Shown here: in pieces, positions 62,397-64,000 of the stretch
Numbering within the stretch: the first letter of the stretch is position 1
How the letters are laid out: each line of letters starts with the position of its first letter
Origin: an uncultured delta proteobacterium
Lineage (GTDB): Bacteria; Myxococcota_A; Polyangia; Polyangiales; B10-G4
Reading direction: 5' to 3'
Assembly (NCBI GenBank): GCA_963727445.1
Contig: CAVSGI010000006.1
Coordinates: 544,001 to 608,000, forward strand
Length of the DNA: 64,000 bases
Program-made: the position numbers and the translations under genes
The notes under the pieces: model-generated
The model's input: the letters and a program-made list of their open reading frames with translations, nothing else
What the model was told of the DNA's origin: nothing
Database searches by the model: none

Positions 62397-63848
62397 GTGT
62401 TGGTCGAAGCGAGGGGCGGGGCGCGCCTGGTCGCGGTCGCGTTCGTCGTGGCGGGTTTCGTCGGGTGTGAAGGGAGTGACGTCTCGCCCGACGCCGGCTT
62501 CGACGCAGCGGCGGGCGACGGGGGCGATGCCGGAGTCGCCGATGCGGACGCGGGCCCCGTGACGCCCGAGCCCGTGTTCCTCCGTGACGCCGAGGGCGGC
62601 GTCGTGATGTTGCGTGGAACCAACGTCGAAGGCGACGCGAAGTGGGCCGCGGACTTCCTGCCGACGACCTACACGACCACCGCGGACTTCGAGCGGCTCT
62701 CGGACGTGCTCGGCATGAACGCGGTGCGCTTTCTGATCTTCTGGGAGGCCGTCGAGCCCGAGCCGGAGATGTTCGACGATGCCTATCTGGCAGAGGTGCG
62801 CCGGCGGGTCGATGCCGCTCACGAGGCGGGTCTGTTGGTCGTCGTCGACATGCACCAGGACGTCTACGGGCGCGGCTTCGGCGGTGATGGCGCGCCCCGA
62901 TGGGCCTGCGACGAGTCGCTCTACGCGAGCTTCACGCCGCCGGACAACTGGTTCGAGGGGTACTTCGAGCCGGAGGTTCAGGAGTGCTTCGACCGTTTGT
63001 GGCTCGACCCGGAGACGCGTGGGCACTACGGGCGGATGTGGGCGCACGTCGCCGAAGCGCTGTCGGGGTCGGCGGGCGTCTTCGCTTACGAGCTCATGAA
63101 CGAGCCGTCGTGGGGGACGACCGATCTCTCCGCCTTCGAACGCACCGTCGCTCCCGCCGCGTACGCCGAGTGGATCGACGCCATCCGCGAGGCCGACCTG
63201 GGGCCTTACGTGGTGGTCGCGCCTGCGTCGGCAGCGAACGTGGGCCTTCCGTCGGCGCTCGTTCCGCCTGATCGCGAGCGGCTCGTGTACGGACCGCACG
63301 TCTACCCACCGGCCCTCGAGCTCGGGACCGGCTGGACGGGCTCCCTCGACGACGCCCTCGGCTTGGCGCAGCAGATCGAGCGCGACGGGGCGCGCATGGG
63401 ACTGCCGGTGTTCGTCGGCGAGACGGGCGCACGCGGTGAGGTTCTTGGCGCGCTCACGTTCCTGGACCAGATGTGGACGGCCTTCGATGAACAGCGTCTG
63501 TCCGCGACCCAGTGGGACGGGGGCAGCGGACCGAGCACCGGCTACGCGCTCTTCGACGACAGCGGCGCCCCGAGCGGAGTGGCGCTGTCCATCGCGCGCC
63601 CGCACCCCGCGCGCACCGCGGGCGTGCCCCGCGATTGGTCGTGGGACCGGGAGACGGCCACCTTCGTGTTCGAGTGGGAGGAGGACGGAAGCGCGACCGG
63701 CGAGACGCGCGTCACGCTTCCATCGGTCGTGTTCTCGGCGGGCGTCGACGCCACCCTGGACGACGGCGGCGAAGCGCGCGTCGAAGGGGCCAGCCTCCAG
63801 ATCCCGCAGATCGGCGGCGACCGCCGACTCGTACTCACCGCGCTGTGA
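62397..63848 (+). CDS. GH5 endoglycoceramidase-like lipoprotein
   Basis: DMHQD, MNEP acid/base, GETG nucleophile, RPHP..TAG.P C-terminal domain; lipobox FVGC. Confidence 0.85.
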   Translation: MLVEARGGARLVAVAFVVAGFVGCEGSDVSPDAGFDAAAGDGGDAGVADADAGPVTPEPVFLRDAEGGVVMLRGTNVEGDAKWAADFLPTTYTTTADFERLSDVLGMNAVRFLIFWEAVEPEPEMFDDAYLAEVRRRVDAAHEAGLLVVVDMHQDVYGRGFGGDGAPRWACDESLYASFTPPDNWFEGYFEPEVQECFDRLWLDPETRGHYGRMWAHVAEALSGSAGVFAYELMNEPSWGTTDLSAFERTVAPAAYAEWIDAIREADLGPYVVVAPASAANVGLPSALVPPDRERLVYGPHVYPPALELGTGWTGSLDDALGLAQQIERDGARMGLPVFVGETGARGEVLGALTFLDQMWTAFDEQRLSATQWDGGSGPSTGYALFDDSGAPSGVALSIARPHPARTAGVPRDWSWDRETATFVFEWEEDGSATGETRVTLPSVVFSAGVDATLDDGGEARVEGASLQIPQIGGDRRLVLTAL

Positions 63849-63855
63849 CCCCGAC

Positions 63856-64000
63856 TCAGCTCGACTCGAGCAGGAGCCGCTCGATGCCGTCGGCGGCGTA
63901 GCGGACGCGCCGGACGGTGTAAACCGAGACGTAGACGGCCAGCGCGCCGAGCGCACACGCACCCCAGAGAAGCCAGTGGAAGAAGTCGCTCATCTCGACC
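63856..64000 (-). CDS. C-terminal end of a membrane protein, truncated at window end
   Basis: VEMSDFFHWLLWGACALGALAVYVSVYTVRRVRYAADGIERLLLESS-stop. Confidence 0.55.
   Translation of the reverse strand, partial: VEMSDFFHWLLWGACALGALAVYVSVYTVRRVRYAADGIERLLLESS

Overview
High-GC (about 70% by eye), gene-dense bacterial DNA, most likely from a Polyangiales/Sandaracinaceae-like myxobacterium, judging by MYXO-CTERM-like tails, Cys-rich lipoproteins, and STAS/SEC14 and AgmX-like proteins. It holds about 50 genes. I found no rRNA, tRNA, CRISPR array, transposase or phage gene. Housekeeping and transport genes include msrB, carbamate kinase, a GT2/GT-C pair, an Hsp70 with a J-protein, an SDR, VIT1, an RND pump, MYG1, ygiQ and an SLC12 transporter. 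Between them sit many secreted or lipoprotein genes with animal-like extracellular modules: two paralogous papain proteases with PSI repeats, a trypsin/FG-GAP protein, a triple Spondin_N protein, a protein with 12 disintegrin-like repeats and a lamin-tail domain, and a PHM-like copper monooxygenase. Main leads: (1) five + strand genes each broken by one extra T, four in a G[GA]AT(T)C context, most likely a systematic sequencing error that may reflect methylation; (2) a Zn-ribbon/lipobox protein ending in two YGAP motifs, resembling a splicease substrate with no splicease nearby; (3) a lidless Hsp70 with a ~290-aa Pro-rich insert and an adjacent J-protein; (4) an Asp-small-small linker shared by about 13 exported proteins. 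All family assignments come from motif recognition by eye, not from database searches.
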